Source: Casimicrobiaceae bacterium (lineage in GTDB: Bacteria > Pseudomonadota > Gammaproteobacteria > Burkholderiales > Casimicrobiaceae). From it: a stretch of 38,143 nt of DNA. Both the position numbers and the translations under genes were made by a program. The notes below the pieces were generated by a model. The model was not told the DNA's origin. It searched no databases and saw only the letters and a program-made list of their open reading frames with translations. The stretch covers positions 1-38,143 of the forward strand of contig DASSGI010000283.1 in the NCBI GenBank assembly GCA_035857655.1, read 5' to 3'. Below are positions 1 through 7,937 of the stretch, piece after piece; within the stretch, counting starts at the first letter, position 1; each line of letters opens with the position of its first letter.

Positions 1-292
1 CGACGCCGAGCGGAGGAAATCGTCATCCGACTTCGCGGCCGCGACACCCGCACCGGCGCCGCTCGCGAAGATCGGCACCGGCCATGGGCGCAACGAGCGC
101 TCGGTCGTGCAGACGACACGCTTCGAGCGCGAAAGCGCGACGCCGAACGAGACGATCGCGTTTCAGTACGATCGCCGCGAGAACCTGATCGCGATGGGCA
201 TCCTGCCGCCACCCGCGGTCGCACGCTCGTCGAATCCGTTTCCGGGGTGGGCGCGTGCGCCGTACTTCGCGCCGGATCCGCCGCAGCGCTGA
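1..292 (+). CDS. 3' end of a CDS truncated by the window edge; conserved hypothetical protein
   Basis: Frame 2 is open from the window edge to TGA at 290-292. The listed ORF 107..292 is only its tail (...RFERESATPNETIAFQYDRRENLIAMGILPPP...). No family recognised. Confidence 0.4.
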   Translation, partial: DAERRKSSSDFAAATPAPAPLAKIGTGHGRNERSVVQTTRFERESATPNETIAFQYDRRENLIAMGILPPPAVARSSNPFPGWARAPYFAPDPPQR

Positions 293-299
293 AGGAGCA

Positions 300-1001
300 A
301 TGTCGATTGGCTGGAGCGATGATCATCTGCGAACGACGGCCGCACGGTTGCCAGCGAGCACCTCAAAAGTCGAGCATGACGATATCCGTGGTGCATACTT
401 GCGGGCGATGCCCGCGCTCGCTTTCACCGCCGATGCGCGCGACGAGGACCTGATGCTCGCCTACGCCGCGGGCGACGCGGCGGCGTTCGACGCGCTCTAT
501 GCTCGTCACCGCGGCGGACTCTACCGCTACCTGATCAGGCACTGCGGCCAGCCCGGCATCGCTGATGAGCTCTTCCAGGAGATCTGGCTGAGCGCGGTGC
601 GGGCGCGATCGAGCTACGTTCCCACGGCGAAGTTCACGACGTGGCTCTACCGGATCGCGCACAATCGGCTGATCGATCACTGGCGCGCGACGGGGCAGGT
701 CGAGCTCGTCGCCGCGGGTTCGACCGACGGCAACGATGACGACGATGTGCTCGCCGCAGTGCCCGGCGCACGCAATGATGAACCGGAGGTGCGCGCGAGT
801 GCGCGCGAGATCTCGCTGCACCTCCGCGCGGCGCTTGCTGCGTTGCCGCCTGCACAGCGCGATGTGTTCCTGCTGCACCAGGAAGGCGGGCTCGAGCTGT
901 CCGAGATCGCTGAGCTCACCGGCGCCGGCGTCGAGACCGTGAAGAGCCGACTGCGCTACGCGCTCGCGAAGCTGCGCGCCGAGCTCGGAGACTTGCAATG
1001 A
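300..1001 (+). CDS. ECF-type RNA polymerase sigma-70 family factor
   Basis: Region 2 (LMLAYAAGDAAAFDALYARHRGGLYRYL...LFQEIWL...WLYRIAHNRLIDHWR) and region 4 HTH (QRDVFLLHQEGGLELSEIAELTGAGVETVKSRLRYALAKLR). The ATG at 300 follows GAAGGAG; alternative starts are 255 and 408. Its stop overlaps the next gene (ATGA). Confidence 0.9.
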   Translation: MSIGWSDDHLRTTAARLPASTSKVEHDDIRGAYLRAMPALAFTADARDEDLMLAYAAGDAAAFDALYARHRGGLYRYLIRHCGQPGIADELFQEIWLSAVRARSSYVPTAKFTTWLYRIAHNRLIDHWRATGQVELVAAGSTDGNDDDDVLAAVPGARNDEPEVRASAREISLHLRAALAALPPAQRDVFLLHQEGGLELSEIAELTGAGVETVKSRLRYALAKLRAELGDLQ

Positions 1002-2128
1002 CGACGCGACCCACCGACGATCCGCTGCCGCGCGATCCGCGCTTCGACGCTGCCTGGCGCGCGGCATCGAGCGAGGAGCCGCCGCCCGCGCTCGACGCGG
1101 CGATTCTTGGCGCTGCGCATCGGGAAGCCGGCGCGAAACCGCAGAGCCTTTCCGCACAGGCCGCGATGCGCGCGCGACGGCGATGGTGGCCGCTCGCGGC
1201 TGCGGCAACCGTCGCCGTGATCGCGATCGGCGTCGTGCAGCGTGCGGGACACGACGAACTCGTCGGGCCCCCGAGCGGCAGCACCGTCGTCAGCGACATG
1301 CCGGCGCCAGCACCGACAAATCGCGCTGATGTTGCGCCGAGCGCGAACGGCGGTTCAGCAGAAGGGCGCATGCAAACCGATTCGGTCGCGCGGCAAAGTT
1401 CGGCCGGCGCGCAACCAGGTTCGCGCACGGATGCGGAGCGGCGCGCTGCGCCGAGTGCGATGGCTCCCCTGCAGAAGAAACCGGAGCCCGTCGCGAGCGC
1501 AACGCCGCCGCCGGAGAAGAAAGCGGAGCTTGCCGCGAACAGCGCGGCTCCGCTGCCCGAACCGTTTCCCGCGCCAAAGATGAAATCAGCCGCAACGGCA
1601 GCGCGCGACACAGCCGCGACAGCGCCGATTGCCGAGCAGGCCGCCGAAAGCACCGCCCTGCAACGAAACGAGGGGGACGCAGCGTCCGCGAAGTTGGCAG
1701 CACCTTCGCCGCCGCCCGCCGCGCCGCCGCCTGCTGCGCAACTGCCTGCTGCGCCATCGCCCGCGGCGCCAGCACCGCCCCCGGCCGTAGCATCCGCGCC
1801 TTCTGCGCCTCCATCGTCACGGTCGGCTGCCCCAACCATGCCGACGCCGCCCGCATCGTTCGCGGAGCGTTCGCAATTCGCCGCTTCGCCGGCCGCGCGT
1901 CCGTCGGGCGCCGCGAAGACTGCACCGTCAGGAGCCGCGACGGAAACGCGCGTCAAGGACCGCGCGCCGTTGCCGGTCCCGGATTGGATCGCGTTGATTC
2001 GCCGCCTCCGCGACGAGGGCAACGTCGACGAAGCTGCGCGCGAGCTCGCCGCGTTTCGAACGGCGCACGCCGATCACGAAAAACTGCTGCCGCCCGATCT
2101 GCGCGACTGGCATCCGCCGGAAAAGTGA
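998..2128 (+). CDS. putative single-pass membrane anti-sigma factor with a long Ala/Pro-rich periplasmic linker
   Basis: ATGA overlap with the sigma gene. Short cytoplasmic N-terminus, one TM segment (WWPLAAAATVAVIAIGVV), a roughly 230-aa A/P/S-rich low-complexity region, and an ordered C-terminal segment (PVPDWIALIRRLRDEGNVDEAARELAAFRTAH). Confidence 0.7.
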   Translation: MTTRPTDDPLPRDPRFDAAWRAASSEEPPPALDAAILGAAHREAGAKPQSLSAQAAMRARRRWWPLAAAATVAVIAIGVVQRAGHDELVGPPSGSTVVSDMPAPAPTNRADVAPSANGGSAEGRMQTDSVARQSSAGAQPGSRTDAERRAAPSAMAPLQKKPEPVASATPPPEKKAELAANSAAPLPEPFPAPKMKSAATAARDTAATAPIAEQAAESTALQRNEGDAASAKLAAPSPPPAAPPPAAQLPAAPSPAAPAPPPAVASAPSAPPSSRSAAPTMPTPPASFAERSQFAASPAARPSGAAKTAPSGAATETRVKDRAPLPVPDWIALIRRLRDEGNVDEAARELAAFRTAHADHEKLLPPDLRDWHPPEK

Positions 2129-2183
2129 CGGCCGTGGTGTTCGCGGAACCCGCCCGAAAAGTGACGACCGGGCGTTCGCGGAA
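2114..2183. repeat. imperfect tandem duplication (2 units, period about 36 nt) spanning the anti-sigma stop codon
   Basis: CCGCCgGAAAAGTGACGgCCGtGGtGTTCGCGGAA (2114-2148) versus CCGCCcGAAAAGTGACGaCCG-GGcGTTCGCGGAA (2150-2183). About 31 positions are identical. Confidence 0.8.
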
Positions 2184-2203
2184 TTTGTCAACATTGTTGA
2201 CAA
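2181..2203. repeat. AT-rich palindromic element, copy 1 (TTGTCAAC-ATT-GTTGACAA)
   Basis: 8-3-8 perfect inverted repeat at 2185-2203, between the convergent 3' ends of the anti-sigma gene and mutY. The 21-nt core GAATTTGTCAACATTGTTGAC (2181-2201) is identical to 30278-30298. Confidence 0.85.
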
Positions 2204-2215
2204 TCTCCCGGCGGA

Positions 2216-3277
2216 TCACACGCGGCGAATCAACGCCCTGATCGGAGCGGGAAGCGCTGCCGCGAGCGCATCGTCGCGCGTGAGCCACACTAGCCCGGGC
2301 CCCTCGGCCCGCGCCGGCCACTTGCGAACGCCAATCCGCTGCGGATGGATCGTCAGCCGGAAGTGCGTGAAGCCGTGCTCGATCGGCACCAGCGCATCGC
2401 CGACGACGATGTCGGTCGCGAATCGCGTCTTGCAGTGGCGCACGATATCGTCGTCGACGGCGATTTCGGGCAGGCTCCACAGCCCTGCCCAGATGCCGAT
2501 CGACGGGCGTTTTTCGAACAGGATCGCACCGGCGCGCTCGATCAGCAGCACGCGCACCGCGCGCTGCGGAAGCGCTTTCAGCGGACGCGGGGACGGGAGC
2601 TCTGCAATCCGGCCCTCGCGACGCGCAACGCAATCGACGGCAACCGGGCACTCTGTGCAGCGCGGCGACGCTCGTGCGCAGATCGTCGCGCCCAGATCCA
2701 TCAACGCTTGCGTGTAGGTCTCGATGTCGCGATCCGGCAGCAGCGCTTCCGCTTCCCTCCAGAGCGCCTGCTCGACCTTGGCGTCCCCCGGATACCCAGC
2801 GATGCCGCGATGCCGCGCGAGGAGCCGCCGAACGTTGCCATCGAGGATCGCGCCCCGCGCGCCGAATGCGAACGCCGCGATCGCGACGGCCGTCGACCGA
2901 CCGATGCCGGGAAGCGTCGCGATCGTCTGCGCGTCGCGCGGGAATTCACCGCCGTGACGTTCGACGATCGCCTTCGCAGCGGCGTGCAGATGATGCGCGC
3001 GCCGGTAGTAGCCCAGGCCACTCCAATGCTCGAGCACGCGATCGAGCGAGGCTCGAGCGAGCGCATTCACGTCGGGGAAGCTCGCGACGAACCGCTCGTA
3101 ATACGGAATGACGGTCGCGACCTGCGTCTGCTGCAGCATGATCTCGGAGAGCCAGATCCGGTATGCGTCGCGTGTCCGCTGCCATGGAAGATCGTGGCGA
3201 CCGTGCGTGCGTTGCCACGCGATCAGGCGCGCGGCGAACGAGCGCGAAATGGGTGTGCGACGCCTGGCGCGCGTCAA
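2216..3277 (-). CDS. mutY: A/G-specific adenine DNA glycosylase MutY
   Basis: HhH-GPD hallmarks (LPWQRTRDAYRIWLSEIMLQQTQV, LPGIGRSTAVAIAAFAF), a 4Fe-4S Cys cluster (CARASPRCTECPVAVDC) and a NUDIX-like C-terminus. The TTG start overlaps the cpoB stop (TTGA). Confidence 0.93.
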   Translation of the reverse strand: MTRARRRTPISRSFAARLIAWQRTHGRHDLPWQRTRDAYRIWLSEIMLQQTQVATVIPYYERFVASFPDVNALARASLDRVLEHWSGLGYYRRAHHLHAAAKAIVERHGGEFPRDAQTIATLPGIGRSTAVAIAAFAFGARGAILDGNVRRLLARHRGIAGYPGDAKVEQALWREAEALLPDRDIETYTQALMDLGATICARASPRCTECPVAVDCVARREGRIAELPSPRPLKALPQRAVRVLLIERAGAILFEKRPSIGIWAGLWSLPEIAVDDDIVRHCKTRFATDIVVGDALVPIEHGFTHFRLTIHPQRIGVRKWPARAEGPGLVWLTRDDALAAALPAPIRALIRRV

Positions 3278-4152
3278 CGGATCGCGAGACGCTGGCGCGC
3301 TCTCGCTGCTGCTTCGGACTGCGGATACTTCGCGATCAGATCTTCGAGAGTTCGGCGCGATGCAGCGCTGTCGCGAAGCTCGAACTGGCTGCTCGCGATG
3401 CTGAGCAGCGCATCGGGGACCTTCACGCTGTCGGGATAGGCGGAGATCAACTGCCGCTGCGAGGCGATCGACGCGCGGTATTCCTTCTGCGAAAACTGCG
3501 CGCTTCCGATCCAGTATTGCGCGGAAGGGGCCAGCGGGCTCTTCGGATACGTCTTGACGAACGATGTGAAGCCGGCGATCGCCGCAGCGAAACTGCCTGC
3601 CTTGAATTGATCATACGCCGCGTCGTACGTGCGCTGCTCCGGCGTTGTCGCAGCAGGCGCCGCTGCCGCGACAGGCCCGCCCACGGCCGGCGCCGACGCT
3701 CCCGCAGTTCCGGCAGGGGCGGACGGCGGCAACGTGCCCGACGGCCCGGGCGCCGGCGGAGCCGAGCCGGCCGCGCTGCTTTCGAGCTTCCGAAGCCGCG
3801 CATCGAGGTCGACGTAGAGATCCTTCTGGCGCTTCTGCTGCTGCTCCTGCTCGTAGGTCAACACCTCGATCTGACCGCGCAGCCGGGAAACCTCCGCCTT
3901 CACCTGCTCGAGCTGGGAGAAGAGCTCGACCAGTCCCTGGCTCTTCAACTGGTTCTCGAGCGCCGTCATCCGCTCTTCGAGCGTGCGCTGGATCTGGTTG
4001 AGCCGCTGGTTGGTCTGGTCGATCCGCTTGCGCGCTTCGTCGTCATCGAAGAGCGCCGCGCGCGCGGGGAGCGCGACGAGGGAGGCGATCAACAGCACCC
4101 CCGCGGCGAAAGACTGCACGATTCGCTCACCCCCCGCGGGCATCGGATCCAC
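3274..4152 (-). CDS. cpoB: Tol-Pal system protein CpoB/YbgF
   Basis: Signal peptide, N-terminal coiled coil (QRLNQIQRTLEERMTALENQLKSQGLVELFSQLEQ), an A/P linker, and a C-terminal TPR-like region (YDAAYDQFKAGSFAAAIAGFTSFVKTYPKSPLAPSAQYWIG...AKYPQSEAA). Lies directly downstream of pal. Confidence 0.9.
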   Translation of the reverse strand: MDPMPAGGERIVQSFAAGVLLIASLVALPARAALFDDDEARKRIDQTNQRLNQIQRTLEERMTALENQLKSQGLVELFSQLEQVKAEVSRLRGQIEVLTYEQEQQQKRQKDLYVDLDARLRKLESSAAGSAPPAPGPSGTLPPSAPAGTAGASAPAVGGPVAAAAPAATTPEQRTYDAAYDQFKAGSFAAAIAGFTSFVKTYPKSPLAPSAQYWIGSAQFSQKEYRASIASQRQLISAYPDSVKVPDALLSIASSQFELRDSAASRRTLEDLIAKYPQSEAAARARQRLAIR

Positions 4153-4158
4153 TGTCTG

Positions 4159-4704
4159 TCACTCTCCTGCGTGCACGATATCGACGCGCCGGTTCTCGCC
4201 CCATGACGTCTCGTCATGGCCCTCGCGCCGCGGCTTCTCCTTGCCGAAGCTCACGGTCTCGATCTGGATCTCCTGCGCGCCGAGAAGCACCATCATCTTC
4301 TTCACCGCATCCGCGCGACGCTGGCCAAGCGCGATATTGTATTCGCGCGTTCCGCGCTCGTCGGTGTTCCCCTGCAGCGTTACGCGCGCGTTGCGATTGA
4401 CTTGCAGGTATTTCGCGTGCGCTTCGATGATCGCGCGGTATTGATCCTTGATCGTCGCATCGTCGAAATCGAAGTAGATGCTGCGCTTCGACAGGATGCT
4501 GTTCGGATCCCGAAGGGCCGCCGGGCTGTACGGACCGCCGGCCGTTCCGGTCACGCCGGGAGTCGTCGCACCGGAGGTCGTCGCGCCCGGCGTAGTCGCA
4601 GGCGCTGTGGCAGTGGGCGCGGCCTCTTCGACCGGTTTTTCTTCGGTGCTCTTGCAGCCGCCAACGAGCGCCAAAACGAACGCTACGATGATCCATTTGC
4701 GCAT
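4159..4704 (-). CDS. pal: peptidoglycan-associated lipoprotein Pal (OmpA family)
   Basis: Lipobox LVGGC and an OmpA-like domain (IYFDFDDATIKDQY...LQGNTDERGTREYNIALGQRRADAV...SFGKEKP). Confidence 0.95.
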   Translation of the reverse strand: MRKWIIVAFVLALVGGCKSTEEKPVEEAAPTATAPATTPGATTSGATTPGVTGTAGGPYSPAALRDPNSILSKRSIYFDFDDATIKDQYRAIIEAHAKYLQVNRNARVTLQGNTDERGTREYNIALGQRRADAVKKMMVLLGAQEIQIETVSFGKEKPRREGHDETSWGENRRVDIVHAGE

Positions 4705-4728
4705 GATTTGTCTCCTCGAGTGATCGGG

Positions 4729-6006
4729 TCAGCGCGGCAGCGGACCCCAGGCGGGTTCGCGCACATCGGCGGCGGGCGAGACGAGCCGCTGCTTGACGCG
4801 ACCGTCGGAGGATACGCCGGCCAATATACCACGCGACCCCTGCTGCGCCGCGTAGATGATGAGCTTCGAATTCGGCGCGATGCTCGGACTTTCGTCGAGC
4901 GGCCCCGACGTGAGCGTCTGCACCTGACGTGTCGCGTAATCCTGAATCGCGATCGTGAAGCGGCCGCCGTCGCGGCGCACGAAGACGAACCCTTTGCCGT
5001 CGGGCAGCGCGCGCGGCGAGACGTTCCAGTTGCCCTCGAACGTCATCCGCTCCACGGAACGTGAGCCGATCGTCAGTTTGTAGATTTGCGGCGTGCCGCC
5101 CCGATCGGAGCTGAACAGGATCGCCCGGCCGTCCGGCGTGAACGACGCTTCGGTGTCGATGCCGGGCGAGCTGAGCAGCCGCGCGACGCCGCTGCCGTCC
5201 GCGTTGATCAGGTAGAGCTGCGACCCGCCGTCCTTCGTGAGCGTCACGACGAGGCGGCGGCCGTCGGGCGCCCACGCGGGCGCGCTGTTGCTGCCGCGGA
5301 AGTTCGCGACGACCTGCCGCGTGCCCGTGGCCATCGACTGAACGTAGACGACGGGCTTCTTGTTCTCGAGCGAGACGTACGCGAGCCGCGTGCCGTCGGG
5401 CGACCACGACGGCGAGAGCAGCGGCTCGTTCGACGCGACCACCGCTTGCGGATTCGCTCCGTCGGCGTCGGCGACGATCAGCTCGAAGCGCGAACCCTGC
5501 TTGGTGATATAGGCGATGCGCGTCGAGAAGACCCCCACGTCGCCGGTCAGCTTCTCGTAGATGACGTCGGCGATCTTGTGCGCGGTCGCGCGGAATTGCG
5601 CCGGCGCGACGACGTACGACATCGACGCGAGCTGCGTCTGCTTGACCGCGTCGAGCAGCGCAAAGCGAATGTCGACGCGTCCGTCGGGTAGCGGCCGCAT
5701 CGAGCCCACGGTGACCGCGTCGGCACCGCGCGCGCGGAAGTCGCCGAGCCGCACGTCCTCGGCGCGGTAGGGTCGCGGGACGATCCCGGAGTCGCTCACC
5801 AGCTTGAAGAGCCCGCTGCGCTGCAAATCCGCGCCGATGATTCCCGTGATTGCGCCCAGCGGCCAGTTGCTCTCGTTCTCGAACGGAACGATCGCGATCG
5901 GCACCTCCGTTCCGGCGCCGCCGACGATTTCGATCGTGAGCTGAGCGCGGGCGGATGCGGCAATCAGGGAGACAAAACCGAGAACAGCGAAAAGCAGGCG
6001 GCGCAA
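4729..6006 (-). CDS. tolB: Tol-Pal system beta-propeller protein TolB
   Basis: TolB N-terminal domain plus beta-propeller repeats (PSWSPDGTRLAYVS, PAWAPDGRRLV, SFTPDGRAILFSSDRGG, PSIAPNSKLIIY). I place the start at TTG 6006, 5 nt after AAGGA. This gives a signal peptide (RRLLFAVLGFVSLIAASARA) and a typical length of 425 aa. The track ORF extends to 6264. Confidence 0.9.
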   Translation of the reverse strand: MRRLLFAVLGFVSLIAASARAQLTIEIVGGAGTEVPIAIVPFENESNWPLGAITGIIGADLQRSGLFKLVSDSGIVPRPYRAEDVRLGDFRARGADAVTVGSMRPLPDGRVDIRFALLDAVKQTQLASMSYVVAPAQFRATAHKIADVIYEKLTGDVGVFSTRIAYITKQGSRFELIVADADGANPQAVVASNEPLLSPSWSPDGTRLAYVSLENKKPVVYVQSMATGTRQVVANFRGSNSAPAWAPDGRRLVVTLTKDGGSQLYLINADGSGVARLLSSPGIDTEASFTPDGRAILFSSDRGGTPQIYKLTIGSRSVERMTFEGNWNVSPRALPDGKGFVFVRRDGGRFTIAIQDYATRQVQTLTSGPLDESPSIAPNSKLIIYAAQQGSRGILAGVSSDGRVKQRLVSPAADVREPAWGPLPR

Positions 6007-6120
6007 GTCGGTCCTTTTTCGGTGGGGCAGGGTTGCGGGTGCCGCGGGGAGCGATGTCACGGCAACAGACACGCTCGCGCGCCGGAGGTTCCGTTGGGGC
6101 GGTGCCGACACGACCCGATG

Positions 6121-6126
6121 ATTATA
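6121..6126 (-). promoter_or_regulatory. candidate -10 box (TATAAT) upstream of tolB
   Basis: Perfect TATAAT on the minus strand, about 115 nt upstream of the proposed tolB start. No convincing -35 box. Confidence 0.2.
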
Positions 6127-6260
6127 ACGAACGCTATCCGCCACTCGGGTCGAATGCGCGTCCCGAACGGCGCAATTTTCCGTAGGACATCCTGAACGGG
6201 CCGACCGGCCGGTCGGTTTACACGGCGTCGACTCCCGGCCGAGCCCACGCGGAAGCGAGG

Positions 6261-7175
6261 TCAATGCGCGGCGATCGTCGAATCGAGTCCGAGCGCATCC
6301 CGCAGCCGGTCGGCAGTTCGCTTCGCCTCGTCACGCGTGGCGTAGGGTCCGACGAAGACGCGGAAGAGCCCGCTCACCTGGCGAATCCTCGCCTCGACGC
6401 CAACCTGCGCGATCGGCGCCGCGAGGCGCGCAAGGAAGTTTTCGGCGTTCGCGTTGCTCGCGAACGCGCCGAGCTGAACGACGAATCCGCCGTCCGCCCG
6501 CGCGACCGGAACCGACGGAGCGACCTCCGGCGTCGACGAAGCCGCTGGTGCCGCGGCGATCGGCGCGGAAACGACCGGAGGCAACGGCGCGGCGGCAGCG
6601 ACCGTCGCCGCCTCGACGGGGATGATCGCCTCGACCTCGACCTCGCCGCTGCCTTTTTGTGCGATCCCGATCTTTGCCGCCGCTGCGTACGAGAGATCGA
6701 TCACGCGGTTATGGAGGAACGGGCCGCGATCGTTGACGCGGACGACGACGCTCCTGCCGGTCGTCACGTTCGTCACCCGCGCGTACGACGGCAGCGGCAG
6801 GGTCGGGTGCGCCGCGGTCATTGCGTACATGTCGTAGACCTCGCCGGTCGACGTCTTTTCGCCGTGAAACTTGCGCCCGTACCACGAGGCTACGCCCCGC
6901 TCCTTGTAAGGGCGGAGCGAGGTTGCCGGAATGTATTCGCGACCGAACACCGTGTAGGGTCGGTTGGCGAAGCGATGCAGCGGCTCGATCCGCGGGACGG
7001 CGTCCGGAAACGCGTCGAGACCCGCGGGCGGGGTCTCGCTCGGAGGGCCGTCGTCCTTGTAGTATTTGGCGCCCGGCGCGGAGGGTTGCGTTTCCGTCTT
7101 CGGCGCAGTCGTGCACGCGGCGACCGCCAGGACGGCGGCCGCAATCAGGAAGCGTCGAATAACCGGCGGGCTCAT
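6261..7175 (-). CDS. rlpA: septal ring lytic transglycosylase RlpA family lipoprotein (DPBB + SPOR domains)
   Basis: Lipobox LAVAAC, a DPBB domain (ASWYGRKFHGEKTSTGEVYDMY...ARVTNVTTGRSVVVRVNDRGPF) and a C-terminal SPOR domain (FVVQLGAFASNANAENF...FRVFVGPYATRDEAKRTADRL). Confidence 0.9.
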   Translation of the reverse strand: MSPPVIRRFLIAAAVLAVAACTTAPKTETQPSAPGAKYYKDDGPPSETPPAGLDAFPDAVPRIEPLHRFANRPYTVFGREYIPATSLRPYKERGVASWYGRKFHGEKTSTGEVYDMYAMTAAHPTLPLPSYARVTNVTTGRSVVVRVNDRGPFLHNRVIDLSYAAAAKIGIAQKGSGEVEVEAIIPVEAATVAAAAPLPPVVSAPIAAAPAASSTPEVAPSVPVARADGGFVVQLGAFASNANAENFLARLAAPIAQVGVEARIRQVSGLFRVFVGPYATRDEAKRTADRLRDALGLDSTIAAH

Positions 7176-7289
7176 GGGCGGGATTGGCGGACGGCGTATT
7201 ATTCACGAACCGTCGATTCCGGACGCCCGAAGCGATTCTGGCGCTCACCGGGCGATGCGGTGCGGCAGGGCCACGCTACGATTCTCCGG

Positions 7290-7877
7290 ATGGACGACCT
7301 CGTCAAAGCGACCGCCGTGCTCGTCAGAGCGCTCGCGGAGCGCGACGGCAACACGTCCGCCCACAGCTCCCGCACCAGCACGCTCGCGCTCGAGCTCGGC
7401 AAGGTCTGCAGGCTCACATCCGCTGAGCTGGCCACGCTCGGGCTCGCCGCTCAATTGCACGACATCGGGAAGATCGGCGTGCCCGACCGCATCCTGCTCA
7501 AGCCCGGGCGCCTCGACGGCGACGAGCTCGAGCTGATGCGGAGCCATCCCAAGCGGGGTTACGACATTCTCATGGCGGTCCCCGATCCGCATGTCGTGGC
7601 GGTCGCTGACGTCGTACTGCATCACCACGAAGCCTTCGACGGGATGGGATACCCGAATCAGCTCAAGGGCGAGGCGATTCCCGTTTCGTCCCGTATCGTG
7701 GCGATCGTCGACAGCTACGACGCGCTCGCGAGCGATCGCCCGTACAAGAAGCCGAAGACGCACCAGAAGATCATGCACATCCTGTTCGAAGAGCAGGGGG
7801 GCAAGTACGATCCCTACCTGCGCACGAAGTTCGCCGCGCTGATCGAGGCGAGCGCGCACAAGGCGACCGGCACGTGA
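7290..7877 (+). CDS. stand-alone HD-GYP domain protein (putative c-di-GMP phosphodiesterase)
   Basis: AQLHDIGKIGVP ... LHHHEAFDGMGYPNQL ... IVDSYDALASDRPYKK. Only the last 195 codons of track ORF 6264..7877 are protein-like; the remainder is antisense to rlpA. Confidence 0.9.
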   Translation: MDDLVKATAVLVRALAERDGNTSAHSSRTSTLALELGKVCRLTSAELATLGLAAQLHDIGKIGVPDRILLKPGRLDGDELELMRSHPKRGYDILMAVPDPHVVAVADVVLHHHEAFDGMGYPNQLKGEAIPVSSRIVAIVDSYDALASDRPYKKPKTHQKIMHILFEEQGGKYDPYLRTKFAALIEASAHKATGT

Positions 7878-7937
7878 CCGCGGCGCGGGCATGATCCCGC
7901 TCCACGTTCAACTCAGTTTTCGAAAGGCAACGCAATC

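Noticed and set aside
916-2022. 368-aa minus-strand ORF antisense to the anti-sigma gene
   Set aside because: Extreme Ala/Gly/Arg composition, no recognisable motif, and full overlap with a better-supported gene coupled to the sigma factor. This is a typical high-GC shadow ORF.
2185-2203. Palindromes (here and at 30275-30307) as classical Rho-independent terminators
   Set aside because: Neither hairpin is followed by a U-tract on either strand (TCTCCCGG / ATTCCGCG; TTCGGAAG), and the stems are AT-rich rather than GC-rich. A hairpin role in RNA is not excluded.
6007-6264. Extended 511-aa TolB with an 86-residue N-terminal extension
   Set aside because: The extension is Arg/Ser/Pro-rich with no signal peptide. 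A TTG at 6006 preceded by AAGGA yields a canonical signal peptide and normal TolB length.
6264-7289. N-terminal two thirds of the 537-aa ORF 6264..7877
   Set aside because: Antisense to rlpA and Arg-rich. The HD-GYP domain protein starts at ATG 7290.
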